64,000 nucleotides of DNA from an uncultured Prolixibacteraceae bacterium. Lineage in GTDB: Bacteria; Bacteroidota; Bacteroidia; Bacteroidales; FEN-979. How positions within the stretch are numbered: the stretch's first letter is position 1; every line of letters begins with the position of its first letter. The stretch covers positions 1,228 through 65,227 of the forward strand of contig CAZSDU010000011.1 in assembly GCA_964605775.1 (NCBI GenBank). Direction: 5' to 3'. A program made the position numbers and the translations under genes. Below the pieces are notes generated by a model. It did no database searches and had not been told where the DNA came from. It was given only the letters and a program-made list of their open reading frames with translations. Positions 34,288 through 43,436 of this stretch are shown piece after piece.

Positions 34288-35001
34288 TCATTTGAATTGT
34301 TCCCCACCGATAACCTTCATCCGGTACCCGACATTATGAATGTTCTCTATGAGCAGACCGGGATCGGCTTTCAGCATTTTGCGCAGACGGGAGATGAAGA
34401 CATCCAGACTGCGGCTGGCAAAGAAATGATCGTTCCCCCAGACTTTAATCAACAGATCTTCGCGTTTGATGACCTGGTTCATGTTTTCTGCGAAATGCAA
34501 AAGGAGCTCGTTTTCCCGGCGGGTAAGCGTCAGGCTTTCTCCAAATCCGCTGAGCTGTTGATTGGCCGGGGCGAAAAGGAATTGTCCCAGGGTGATTGTG
34601 CTTTTTAATTTAAGGGGAGGAGCTAGGATTTTACTTCTTTTCAGAAAGATTTCAATCTTCAGCAGTAGTTCCTCTATACTAAAAGGCTTGGTGATATAAT
34701 CATCAGCGCCAAGCTGAAGTCCGAAAATGCGGTCTTCACGGGCTGAACGGGCAGTGAGGAAGAGGATGGGAATTTCCTGATTCTTCTCCCTTATACTGGA
34801 AGCCAGAGTAAAACCATCCATTTTTGGAAGCATGACATCAAGAATGCAGAGATCATAGGTCTTTTCATTGATCATCTCCAATGCCCTCACGCCATCTTCA
34901 CAATAATCAACCGCATAACCTTTCATTTCAAGATTATCGCGGGTAACAAATGAAAGGGTGGTATCATCTTCAACGTACAGCAGACTGGCTTTCTTTTCCA
35001 T
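34288..35001 (-). CDS. OmpR/PhoB-family response regulator
   Basis: Receiver domain (LLYVEDD, DLCILDVMLPKMDG, PILFLTA). Winged-helix C-terminus (LT.RE.ELL..FA.N.N.V..RE.L...VWG.......SRSLDV.ISRLRKML......I.N.H.VGY). Confidence 0.9.
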   Translation of the reverse strand: MEKKASLLYVEDDTTLSFVTRDNLEMKGYAVDYCEDGVRALEMINEKTYDLCILDVMLPKMDGFTLASSIREKNQEIPILFLTARSAREDRIFGLQLGADDYITKPFSIEELLLKIEIFLKRSKILAPPLKLKSTITLGQFLFAPANQQLSGFGESLTLTRRENELLLHFAENMNQVIKREDLLIKVWGNDHFFASRSLDVFISRLRKMLKADPGLLIENIHNVGYRMKVIGGEQFK

Positions 35002-35007
35002 GATTCA

Positions 35008-36276
35008 TCAGGGTTTTAGCGGGATCTCAAGGGTAAAAACGGCACCCTTACCGGGTTCGCTGCCGAGCCGGATCTTCCACCCATGCGCCCGGCAGATGAT
35101 TTTAACATAATACAAGCCCAGGCCGAATCCTTTCACGTCATGAATATTACCCGAAGGGATACGAAAAAACTTTTCAAAAACCCGGTGGTGGTATTTGGGG
35201 TCTATACCCGGTCCGTTATCGGTCACGCTGATTAACACCACATCTTTTTCTTTTCGTGTCATGATCTGTATCAAAGGATTATCCCCGGCATATTTCAGGG
35301 CATTATCGGTCATGTTGTAGAGGATGCTGCTCAGGTGAAGGATATCAGCTTCAACCTTATCTACGGCATCATCCAGGCTTACTTCAATCTTTGCGGAACT
35401 GCCATGGTTGGCCTTGAAGTTATCCGTCAGGGTCCGGATCAGTTCGTTCAGGGCAATCCTTTCCTTTTTCAGTTGTATCCTGTTTTTTTCGAGACTGGCG
35501 ATCTGGAGCAATTTCTCCACCAGGAAGTTCAGTCGTTGGGTTTCCTGTTTGATGATCCATCCATACCTGGATAAGCGTATCGGATCATTGACTATGTCAG
35601 GGTGAACCAGTATATCGGCAGAAATGTTAATGCTTGAAATGGGGGTCTTGAATTCGTGGGTCATGGTGTTGATGAAATCCTTTTGCATTTCTGAAAACCT
35701 TTTTTGCTGAAGGATGATAAAGATGGCATACACAAAAAAAATGACCGACAGCAGCAGAATGACTGTAAAGAAAAACCAGATGGCCATATCTCCGGCCACT
35801 GAACTTCTCAATGAAGGGAAACGGATTCCGAAATAATAAAGGTATCCGCTGTATTTAGGTAAATTGACCGTGAGTTTTGGGGACTTGCTGGCGCCATTGG
35901 TGGAGATATAGTCGCCGTAAACCATTTTGTCGGTATGGCAATCATAAATGGCATACTCATAGTCCGTTTGCAGGTTCAGTTTCTCAAATTCTTTTTTCAG
36001 GTAAAACTCAAGGATGTTGGCATCAATCATGCTGTTCAAATCCACCACGAAATAATTCGAACTGAGTTGCCGTACCGGGTTCCCGTAAGGAAGTGTGGTG
36101 GCATTTAGCCTGCTTATTTTTTCTGCCACATTTTTCAATCCGATCTCAATGGTTTGAAAAAACTGTTTTTCCCTGATGTTCCAGGCCTTGTGCAGGAAAT
36201 AGGCCTGAACACTGATAATCCCGATAATGGAAATGGCTCCCAGCAGGACAACGAACCGGATTTGTTTATGCCGCAT
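35008..36276 (-). CDS. Sensor histidine kinase
   Basis: Two TM helices flank a ~130-aa periplasmic segment. H-box FINTMTHEFKTPISSI; N/G boxes NALKY, DNGPGI, GFGLGLYYV. Sits 6 nt upstream of the response regulator. Confidence 0.9.
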   Translation of the reverse strand: MRHKQIRFVVLLGAISIIGIISVQAYFLHKAWNIREKQFFQTIEIGLKNVAEKISRLNATTLPYGNPVRQLSSNYFVVDLNSMIDANILEFYLKKEFEKLNLQTDYEYAIYDCHTDKMVYGDYISTNGASKSPKLTVNLPKYSGYLYYFGIRFPSLRSSVAGDMAIWFFFTVILLLSVIFFVYAIFIILQQKRFSEMQKDFINTMTHEFKTPISSINISADILVHPDIVNDPIRLSRYGWIIKQETQRLNFLVEKLLQIASLEKNRIQLKKERIALNELIRTLTDNFKANHGSSAKIEVSLDDAVDKVEADILHLSSILYNMTDNALKYAGDNPLIQIMTRKEKDVVLISVTDNGPGIDPKYHHRVFEKFFRIPSGNIHDVKGFGLGLYYVKIICRAHGWKIRLGSEPGKGAVFTLEIPLKP

Positions 36277-36329
36277 ATCACTGTAAAAGTAAACAGAATT
36301 CAGGCGATGTACAAGGCATTAACATTTTG

Positions 36330-36366
36330 TTTACACAGTTTTACATATCGTTTACAAAGATTTACA
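36330..36366 (+). promoter_or_regulatory. Four helically phased TTTACA direct repeats (candidate OmpR-family response-regulator binding array)
   Basis: TTTACA at 36330, 36340, 36351 and 36361 (spacing 10/11/10 bp). Weaker flanking TGTACA (36309) and GTTAAC (36371). Inverted TTTAC units lie at 36282-36296. The array sits in the divergent region between the kinase operon start (36276) and the DUF1573 gene (36445). Confidence 0.5.
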
Positions 36367-36444
36367 AGCCGTTAACCTGCTTATCAGAAATACAGGATGA
36401 TCTTTGCCCTGTTTTCATTATTCATTCATTTAAAAACTTAACCC

Positions 36445-36882
36445 ATGAAAAAAATGACCCTTTTACTGGCGGTGATTGCTTCATTCGCCTGCTATGATGT
36501 CAATGCACAAAACAACAGCGACAAAAATACGGTTGCTATTTCAACGATTAAAACCAATGGTCCTGTAGCAAAACTGGACAAAATGTCGATCGATTTCGGG
36601 AACATCGAAAAAGGTATCCCAAAAACGGCTAATTTCATCTTGACCAACGATGGCAATGAACCTTTAATCATTGCCACTGCGGTAGCATCCTGCGGATGTG
36701 CCAATCTCAAATACGATAAAGAACCTATACTGCCAGGGAAGACAAGCACTATCTCGGTGACCTATAATGCCCTGGCCCCCGGAGCATTTATGAAAAGCAT
36801 CACCCTGAAAACCAATGCCGGTGATCAGCCCATTGTGTTACAGATCAAGGGAACGGTCGCTGAGAAAAAAATTAATCAATGA
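36445..36882 (+). CDS. DUF1573 domain protein
   Basis: Signal peptide, then IDFGNIEKGIPKTANFILTNDGNEPLII....ASCGCANLKYDKEPILPGKTSTISVTYNA. Confidence 0.85.
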   Translation: MKKMTLLLAVIASFACYDVNAQNNSDKNTVAISTIKTNGPVAKLDKMSIDFGNIEKGIPKTANFILTNDGNEPLIIATAVASCGCANLKYDKEPILPGKTSTISVTYNALAPGAFMKSITLKTNAGDQPIVLQIKGTVAEKKINQ

Positions 36883-37658
36883 TGATCTGCATGCTTCCAA
36901 AAGCTTAGGGTTGCCCAGTATCCCAGGATAAAGGTCAGGAAAAGAATGATGTAACTGCTTAAATGAAGCTCCAGGCCTGGGGTATCCTTTGCAACCGCAA
37001 ACAATCCTGGGATAGCCCAGGGGAAATAAGGCCCCAGGCCAATCAGCCCGATGAATTGTGCCATAATCATGGTAAGGATTACAAAGCCCAAGGGAGCAAT
37101 GATCCCTCTGCTATAACCGGATAAAAATGCAATGGGAGAACATAGCAATAATGTGAGCAGGGCGCTGATAAAGAAGTTTGTTGTGAAATGGGCAAAGTCA
37201 GAAGCTGACCAGTAAGGTAATTTCATGGCAAATCCCATGATAATACCAAAAATAAAAAGGATCAATGCAAGGATGATACAACACAGAAAGCTTGTTGTAA
37301 ATTTTGCCATTACTATGGAGGATCGCGGGACAGGCAAGGCCAGAATATCCTTCATGGTACGATCAAGATATTCACGGCCAAACACCCAGGTGGTGACAAA
37401 CCCGAATCCAATCAAACCCAATGAAGACATGACCTGATTTAACAAAGAAAAATAACCCGACCAATCGTTTTCGCCGAACATTTTTGCTTTAGTGCCAATC
37501 ATTCCCAATTTTCCGGCAATTTCAGGGTTGCGGGCAACAAAAAGCATCAGGCCCATCATCAGGGGAATGATGGCAAAAACGATCATGGTCACAAACAGAA
37601 TCTTTGACTTGCGGGTTTTTATCAATTCCACGCTGAATGCTGTTAATACATTCTTCAT
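36876..37658 (-). CDS. ABC-2 type transporter permease
   Basis: 260 aa with about six TM helices. Its start overlaps the upstream ATPase gene stop by 4 nt. Confidence 0.75.
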   Translation of the reverse strand: MKNVLTAFSVELIKTRKSKILFVTMIVFAIIPLMMGLMLFVARNPEIAGKLGMIGTKAKMFGENDWSGYFSLLNQVMSSLGLIGFGFVTTWVFGREYLDRTMKDILALPVPRSSIVMAKFTTSFLCCIILALILFIFGIIMGFAMKLPYWSASDFAHFTTNFFISALLTLLLCSPIAFLSGYSRGIIAPLGFVILTMIMAQFIGLIGLGPYFPWAIPGLFAVAKDTPGLELHLSSYIILFLTFILGYWATLSFWKHADHH

Positions 37659-38578
37659 GACTGGCCTCCCCTCTCATCAATGGTTCTTAAAAAGTATGAT
37701 TCCAAATCCTCTTCCAGCACATTGAGCAATAATGGTGGGACATGGTTGTTCACCAGTAACTCGGCAATTTTGTCGGGATTAACAATGGCGTCACTGTTAT
37801 TAATTTCTAGCAAATGATCTGGAGTTTCCATGAAATCAATCCCGTTTTTCCTCAGGACCGACCCGGCTGTAATATTGTCGCGTGTATTAATCTTTAACCG
37901 TTTCTGACACAGCAGTTCCAGTTGAGTTGTATTGATTTCCTGGATTAAGATGCCTTTATGAATGATCCCGATACGGGTTGCAAATTTTGATATTTCGCCC
38001 AAAATATGACTTGAAATAAAAACAGTACTCCCATGATTATGTGAAAGGTGATTCAGTAATTCCCTGATTTCGAAAATGCCGGCAGGATCCAGTCCGTTGG
38101 CCGGTTCATCAAGGATCAGAATGGAGGGTCTATGGATCAAAGCCTTGGCAAGACCTAAACGCTGTGAATTGCCAAGGGATAAATGTTTAGTTTTGCGGTT
38201 GGCATATTGGGTTAGTTTGAGTTTATCCATGATTTCAGACACGGCTTCTTTTCCGGGAAGAAACCTTAAGCGTCGAATAATTTCAAGATTTTCCCTGACT
38301 GTCAGATCTGGATAGGAATAAGGGACTTCAACAAGATAACCTATTTCTTTCCAAAGCTCAAGATTGCCTGGTTCAACTCTTTTCCCGTTGATATAAGCTT
38401 TTCCGCTTGTCGGGTTGATCATTCCGAGCAACATACGTATGGTGGTGGTTTTTCCTGCCCCGTTCAGTCCAAGAAACCCATAGATTTCTCCTTTGCGGAC
38501 GTTCAGTGAGATTTCCGAAACCGCGAGGACATCTTTGTATTGTTTGGACAGTTTTTCCGTATTAATAATTTCTTCCAT
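37655..38578 (-). CDS. ABC transporter ATP-binding protein
   Basis: Walker A GLNGAGKTT, signature LSLGNSQRL, Walker B ILILDEP, H-loop SSH. Confidence 0.9.
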   Translation of the reverse strand: MEEIINTEKLSKQYKDVLAVSEISLNVRKGEIYGFLGLNGAGKTTTIRMLLGMINPTSGKAYINGKRVEPGNLELWKEIGYLVEVPYSYPDLTVRENLEIIRRLRFLPGKEAVSEIMDKLKLTQYANRKTKHLSLGNSQRLGLAKALIHRPSILILDEPANGLDPAGIFEIRELLNHLSHNHGSTVFISSHILGEISKFATRIGIIHKGILIQEINTTQLELLCQKRLKINTRDNITAGSVLRKNGIDFMETPDHLLEINNSDAIVNPDKIAELLVNNHVPPLLLNVLEEDLESYFLRTIDERGGQS

Positions 38579-38614
38579 TTATTATTATCTTTTAAATTTG
38601 ACCAAATCGTCTAT

Positions 38615-38632
38615 AAACCGAACATTCGGTTT
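38615..38632. promoter_or_regulatory. Perfect palindromic operator candidate between tetR and the ABC genes
   Basis: AAACCGAA-CA-TTCGGTTT at 38615-38632 (8+2+8), within ATAAACCGAACATTCGGTTTGTA. Confidence 0.5.
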
Positions 38633-38650
38633 GTAGCATGTTAAAAAAAA

Positions 38651-39253
38651 TCAGCCTGATATGTTTTTATAAATCGTATCGAAGGTATTCATTAGAAAAT
38701 CCCTGAATGATCTTGGTTTATCGTTATTTACAAACCTCAGAAAAACCCCGTCGGTACAAAATAGAAAAAGGTTGGCGATTTCCTCATTACTAGAATTTGA
38801 TGTTATTTCTCCACCAGCCCGGGCAATACCAATTATTTTTTCCCATGCAAGCATATCCTTTTTATGGATTTCCAATTCCATGTGTAAAAAATCAGGAAAA
38901 CGGCTGACGGCTTCAAACATGATGAGAAAAAAATTAAAATTGAAACTTTTATCATTGGAGCCGGTAAGCTGTTGGCTGATAGAAAACATGGCATTGTCGA
39001 GATAATCAACGTATTGCCGGTAAAATGATTTCAGGGATATCTGGCTAAAGGAAGCATAGTCTACTGTCCCTATGGAAATGAAAAGGGTGACAATCTCGTT
39101 AAAAAGACTTTCCTTGTTTTTAAAATAATGATAGACTGCTCCTTTTGAAAGTCCGGATTGCTCAACAATTTCTTTCATGGTTACATCCCTGTAACTCTTC
39201 TGAAGAAAAAGGATGAGGGAGGTTTTCAAGATATGTTCTTTGGAATCATTCAT
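38651..39253 (-). CDS. TetR/AcrR family transcriptional regulator
   Basis: N-terminal HTH: ILKTSLILFLQKSYRDVTMKEIVEQSGLSKGAVYHYFKNKESLF. Confidence 0.9.
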   Translation of the reverse strand: MNDSKEHILKTSLILFLQKSYRDVTMKEIVEQSGLSKGAVYHYFKNKESLFNEIVTLFISIGTVDYASFSQISLKSFYRQYVDYLDNAMFSISQQLTGSNDKSFNFNFFLIMFEAVSRFPDFLHMELEIHKKDMLAWEKIIGIARAGGEITSNSSNEEIANLFLFCTDGVFLRFVNNDKPRSFRDFLMNTFDTIYKNISG

Positions 39254-39271
39254 AAACCGACCGTTTGGTTT
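39254..39271. promoter_or_regulatory. Second, imperfect copy of the operator palindrome, directly upstream of the tetR start codon
   Basis: AAACCGACCGTTTGGTTT at 39254-39271 within ATAAACCGACCGTTTGGTTTGCA. A minus-strand TATTTTTG box lies just upstream, so the site would cover the predicted transcription start. Confidence 0.45.
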
Positions 39272-39352
39272 GCAAAAATATTAATTTTTTTTATTCCCTG
39301 ATATGATTTTCAAATAATGTTTTAATGATCAGTAGAAGTGAAAGTCAATGGA

Positions 39353-41269
39353 TCATGTCTGCTTACTGACATTCTTTTTAATCAGAACAAAAAGATTGTT
39401 GATATCCAATGGTTTAGGGAGGTAAGCCACACAGCCGACTTCAAAAGCCTTGCGTTCATCAAAATCAAGAGAATATGCTGTTTGCGCAATAATGGGCAAT
39501 CCCGGCCTGAAGCCCAAAATGTCACGGGTCGCATCATAACCATTTACAATGGGCATCTGAAGATCCATTAAAACAAGGTCGATGTTCTCATTGTTGTGAC
39601 AGATCTCAATGGCTTCAAGTCCGTTCCTGGCACGGATAACTTTTGCATTGGCTCTTTTTAACCATCTTTCCAGTACGGTAAAGTTGCTGTCTGTGTCTTC
39701 TGCCACAAGAATGCTCGTACCGTTCAAGTCAATGACCTCAACCGCAGGGGGAGTAAAATGCGTATCCTCTCTCCGCATTTCCTTTTCTTTATAAGGGAGC
39801 GAGCAATACACTGAGGTTCCCTTTCCCGGTTCCGAATGCAACCATAATCTTCCTCCCTGAAGGTTTATGAATTCACGTGCCAGGGTTAATCCCAGCCCCA
39901 GACCTCCATATTGTCGGGTGTTAGATTCATCTCCCTGTCGAAACTTATCGAGAATATATTCCTGTTTTTCCTTTGGAATCCCAATACCGCTGTCTTTCAC
40001 AAAAAGGATGACCTCTTTTTCAGGGATAACATGGTAACCCAGGGTAATGGCTCCGAATTTAGTGAATTTAAAGGCATTGTCTAAAAGTAAGCTTAAAGAC
40101 TGTTTTAACCTCATGGCATCTCCTTCAACATAAACGCTATCCGATGATTCCGTTGTGAAAAGCCTGAACTCAATCCCCTGCCTTGCTCCTTCGGGTTGTT
40201 TCGCTGAATAACTGTTGTAAACCTCCGACACCAAGACTTTCAGGTCGATGATTTCCTTACTCACCGTGAGCTGATGGGTTTCTATTTTCGAAATGTCCAC
40301 GATGTTGTTCAGGATAAAAATAAACTGCTCTATCCCATTACGGATCAGGTTGACATATTCTTCTCTTTCATCCTCGCTAAGGCCGGGGTCTTTCATTAAA
40401 TCATAAAATCCGAAAACCGCATTGGCCGGGGTCCTCACTTCATGACTCAGGTTCTGGAGGAAGGTCGTTTTCAGGTGATCTGCTTCAATGGCTTTTTGCA
40501 GGGCTTCTTTCAGGTGTGTGATGTCCTGTGCCTGAACAATGAAAAGATAGGGTTCTCCGTGAGCATCATGAATCAGTGAAACGTTATGCAGCGCATATAT
40601 AACGGATCCGTCTTTGCGAACATATCTTTTTTCCATAATGTTTTTCTGGATCTTCCCGGCTTTCAGCTGGGCGAGAATGTAATTGCTGCGTTCTATATCA
40701 TCGGGATGAGTAACAACATATGCACGGGAAAGCAACTCCTCCTCCGTATATTGCAGCATTTCGCAAAGGGCTTGATTTACCTGATAAAAATTCCCGTTCA
40801 TGTCGAGGAGCGCCATGCCAACACTGGCATTTTCATAAACAGCTTTCAGGAGTTCTTCGTGATGCTTCAGGCTATTTTCGGCTTCTTTATGTTCAGTAAT
40901 ATCAATCAGACATTCCACAATATATCTTTTCCCTTCCATCAGGATTTCACTGAAGGTACGCATGACAGGCACTTTGCCGTCCTGCTTTTCCACAATATAC
41001 TCCCCTGCGCTTTTTCCCAGATCATTACCGGCTGAAAATGGACATTTACCCGTTATGCCAAGGCAGGCAGATGAATCACAACGATGCCCCAAGATGATTT
41101 CCCGGGGAAGTCCAAGAATAGCAATAGCAACGTCATTGATATCCACGACACAATGCGTTTCAGGATCAATTAGAATGATGCCGCAAACCACCCCGGAGAG
41201 ACGCCCCGGGTTCTCAGATTGTTGAGCATCAGCTCCTTTATCCCTAATCTTTAATTGTTCTTTTTGCAT
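39353..41269 (-). CDS. Cytoplasmic hybrid sensor histidine kinase/response regulator with two PAS domains
   Basis: No TM helices. PAS regions are present, the first with HRCDSSACLGITGKCPF. H-box LSHEVRTPANAV, HATPase (DSGIGIP, GGLGLGL), and a C-terminal receiver (ILVAEDT, DLVLMDLQMP). Confidence 0.9.
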   Translation of the reverse strand: MQKEQLKIRDKGADAQQSENPGRLSGVVCGIILIDPETHCVVDINDVAIAILGLPREIILGHRCDSSACLGITGKCPFSAGNDLGKSAGEYIVEKQDGKVPVMRTFSEILMEGKRYIVECLIDITEHKEAENSLKHHEELLKAVYENASVGMALLDMNGNFYQVNQALCEMLQYTEEELLSRAYVVTHPDDIERSNYILAQLKAGKIQKNIMEKRYVRKDGSVIYALHNVSLIHDAHGEPYLFIVQAQDITHLKEALQKAIEADHLKTTFLQNLSHEVRTPANAVFGFYDLMKDPGLSEDEREEYVNLIRNGIEQFIFILNNIVDISKIETHQLTVSKEIIDLKVLVSEVYNSYSAKQPEGARQGIEFRLFTTESSDSVYVEGDAMRLKQSLSLLLDNAFKFTKFGAITLGYHVIPEKEVILFVKDSGIGIPKEKQEYILDKFRQGDESNTRQYGGLGLGLTLAREFINLQGGRLWLHSEPGKGTSVYCSLPYKEKEMRREDTHFTPPAVEVIDLNGTSILVAEDTDSNFTVLERWLKRANAKVIRARNGLEAIEICHNNENIDLVLMDLQMPIVNGYDATRDILGFRPGLPIIAQTAYSLDFDERKAFEVGCVAYLPKPLDINNLFVLIKKNVSKQT

Positions 41270-41474
41270 GATTCAAAAAAAAACAAATATATCATTTATT
41301 CCAACTTCTTTCAAATTTAAACCAAGTCAAACTATTGTCGTATCCATCCGGGACATAATGAATTATGGCTTAACAATTATTTAATCTTTAATTAATCATT
41401 CCTTAATTTCCTTTCCGGGGATTAGCCGGTTCTTTGCGTCATCAATTTTAATATTCACCAATTCAAAAAAACGT

Positions 41475-43355
41475 ATGAAAACCAGCTATTTAAAAATTTT
41501 AGGCCTATTCCTTGTCAGTCTGATCATAGGATTTACATCCTGTAAAAAGGACTCACCGGAAGAACCGGCAAAGACGCTTACCGTAACTCCTGCAGCCCAG
41601 AATGTTGCATCTTCAGCCGGGACGACAAATTTCACGGTGACTTCCAATTCAACCTGGACAGTTGTCAGCGACCAGACCTGGTGCGTTGTTACTTCAGGTG
41701 GTATCAACAACGGAACCATTGTAGCCACCTATACCGAAAATACCACAACGATCCAAAGAGTTGCCAATATCACTGTTACCGTAAGCGGACTCACTCCAAT
41801 TACTGTAACTGTAACACAGGGAAGTATGAATTCGGTGACCCCGCTTAACCAGAATGCCCCGGCAACTCCTGCAGGAAAAGTCGATTTCACGGTTTCTGCA
41901 TCGGGAACCTGGACTGCAGTATCCGACCAGACCTGGTGTACAGTGACTGCCAGCGGAAGCGGTAACGGTGTCATTGAAGCCAATTTTACTGAAAACTCTA
42001 CTTTAATTGAACGTATTGCCAACATTACAGTTACCATTGCGGGTGTTGCCCCGATAACCGTCACTCTTACCCAGTCAGCCGGATCAAATCTGGTAGAAAT
42101 TTCAGGTGAAATTTCCGGGAATGTAAACTGGACATCCGATAAAATATACCTTCTCAAGGGATTCGTTTATGTAATAGACGGTGCAGTACTCACCATTGCT
42201 CCCGGAACCCTGATCAAAGGAGATAAAACCACCATGGGGACCCTGATCATTGAAAGAGGTGGAAAAATCATTGCCGACGGGACCAAAGAAAACCCCATTG
42301 TGATGACCTCCAATGCTCCCGCTGGTTTCCGTAATCGCGGAGACTGGGGCGGACTTATTATTTGCGGAAAAGCTCCGGTAAACAACGGCGATCCACAAAT
42401 TGAAGGTGGTCCCCGTTCCCATTATGGCGGAACCATCCCAACTGACAATTCCGGTATCCTGAGATATCTCCGTATTGAATATGCCGGCTACCCCCTTCAG
42501 CCTGATAAAGAAACCAATGGGCTGACTTTAGCCGGTGTAGGCAATGGAACCATCGTAGATTATATTATGGTGTCTTATGCCAATGATGATTCTTTTGAAT
42601 GGTTTGGCGGAACTGTAAATGCCAAACACCTGATCGCATTCCGTGGACTGGATGATGATTTCGATACAGATAACGGATTCATCGGAAAATTACAATACCT
42701 CATGGCTGTACGCGACAAAAACGTGGCTGATGTTTCCGGGTCAAACGGATTTGAATCTGATAATGATGCTACAGGTTCTGCCAACGTTCCCGTAAGCAAG
42801 CCAATCTTTTCCAATGTAACCGTGATCGGTCCGAGAAAAGATGCCACTACCAAAGACATCAACGCAAACTATAAAAACGCCATGCACCTGCGCAGAAATA
42901 CCCAGCTTTGTGTCTATAACTCTTTGTTTGCAGGACATATGAATGGACTTTTGCTTGATGGTACCGCTACCCAGACCAATGCAGTGAATGGTTCCCTTCA
43001 GATCCGTAATACTATTCTCGCGGGTGTGGCTCCGACCGGAAAATATTTTCTTGTTCCTTCAGGATCCACTATGTCACAAGATTCTCTGACCAACTGGTAT
43101 CTGAATCCTCTTTTTGCCAATGATACCATCATCAATAACGTGGATCTTAAACTCACTGATGCGTTTAATCTCAGCAGTCCAAACCTCATTCCTATGGCAG
43201 GTTCACCTGTTCTCGGAGCTGCCGATTTTACCAATACGAACTTACAGGATGCGTTCTTCACCCCGGAAACCTATGTGGGAGCCTTCGGTTCCAACGACTG
43301 GACGGCAGGATGGGCGGTATGGGATCCGCAGAATGAATCTTACGGAACAAAATAA
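41475..43355 (+). CDS. Surface lipoprotein with two BACON domains and a large C-terminal domain of unknown function
   Basis: Lipobox GFTSCKKD. Two ~85-aa BACON-like repeats (..FTVTSNSTWTVVSDQTWCVVTSGG.NNG.I.ATYTENTT...R.ANITVTV.G..PITVTVTQ and FTVSASGTWTAVSDQTWCTVTASGSGNGVIEANFTEN.....R.ANITVT..G..PITVTLTQ). A ~420-aa C-terminal domain follows (GDWGGLIICGKAPVN...LRIEYAG...DDSFEWFGGTV...DDDFDTDNGF). Confidence 0.75.
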   Translation: MKTSYLKILGLFLVSLIIGFTSCKKDSPEEPAKTLTVTPAAQNVASSAGTTNFTVTSNSTWTVVSDQTWCVVTSGGINNGTIVATYTENTTTIQRVANITVTVSGLTPITVTVTQGSMNSVTPLNQNAPATPAGKVDFTVSASGTWTAVSDQTWCTVTASGSGNGVIEANFTENSTLIERIANITVTIAGVAPITVTLTQSAGSNLVEISGEISGNVNWTSDKIYLLKGFVYVIDGAVLTIAPGTLIKGDKTTMGTLIIERGGKIIADGTKENPIVMTSNAPAGFRNRGDWGGLIICGKAPVNNGDPQIEGGPRSHYGGTIPTDNSGILRYLRIEYAGYPLQPDKETNGLTLAGVGNGTIVDYIMVSYANDDSFEWFGGTVNAKHLIAFRGLDDDFDTDNGFIGKLQYLMAVRDKNVADVSGSNGFESDNDATGSANVPVSKPIFSNVTVIGPRKDATTKDINANYKNAMHLRRNTQLCVYNSLFAGHMNGLLLDGTATQTNAVNGSLQIRNTILAGVAPTGKYFLVPSGSTMSQDSLTNWYLNPLFANDTIINNVDLKLTDAFNLSSPNLIPMAGSPVLGAADFTNTNLQDAFFTPETYVGAFGSNDWTAGWAVWDPQNESYGTK

Positions 43356-43436
43356 TACCATTTATCATGTTAAGAGCAACAGGGGTAAATCCCTTGTTGC
43401 TCTTTTGAATTTTATATAATCAATGATTTTCTTACG

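Noticed and set aside
33902-34295. 387-bp intergenic region between the serine hydrolase and the response regulator. It contains a tracked 115-aa ORF (33948-34295), a 51-codon minus-strand ORF (33902-34057), and an inverted repeat GCAGattATTAATCC (33913-33927) / GGATTAATgggCTGC (34272-34286) that could suggest a promoter inverton.
   Set aside because: The inverted repeat matches at only 12 of 15 positions in an AT-rich spacer. No invertase or recombinase gene is nearby, and I found no TAnnTTTG box inside. Neither small ORF has recognisable features. Long-read orientation analysis would be needed to revive the idea.
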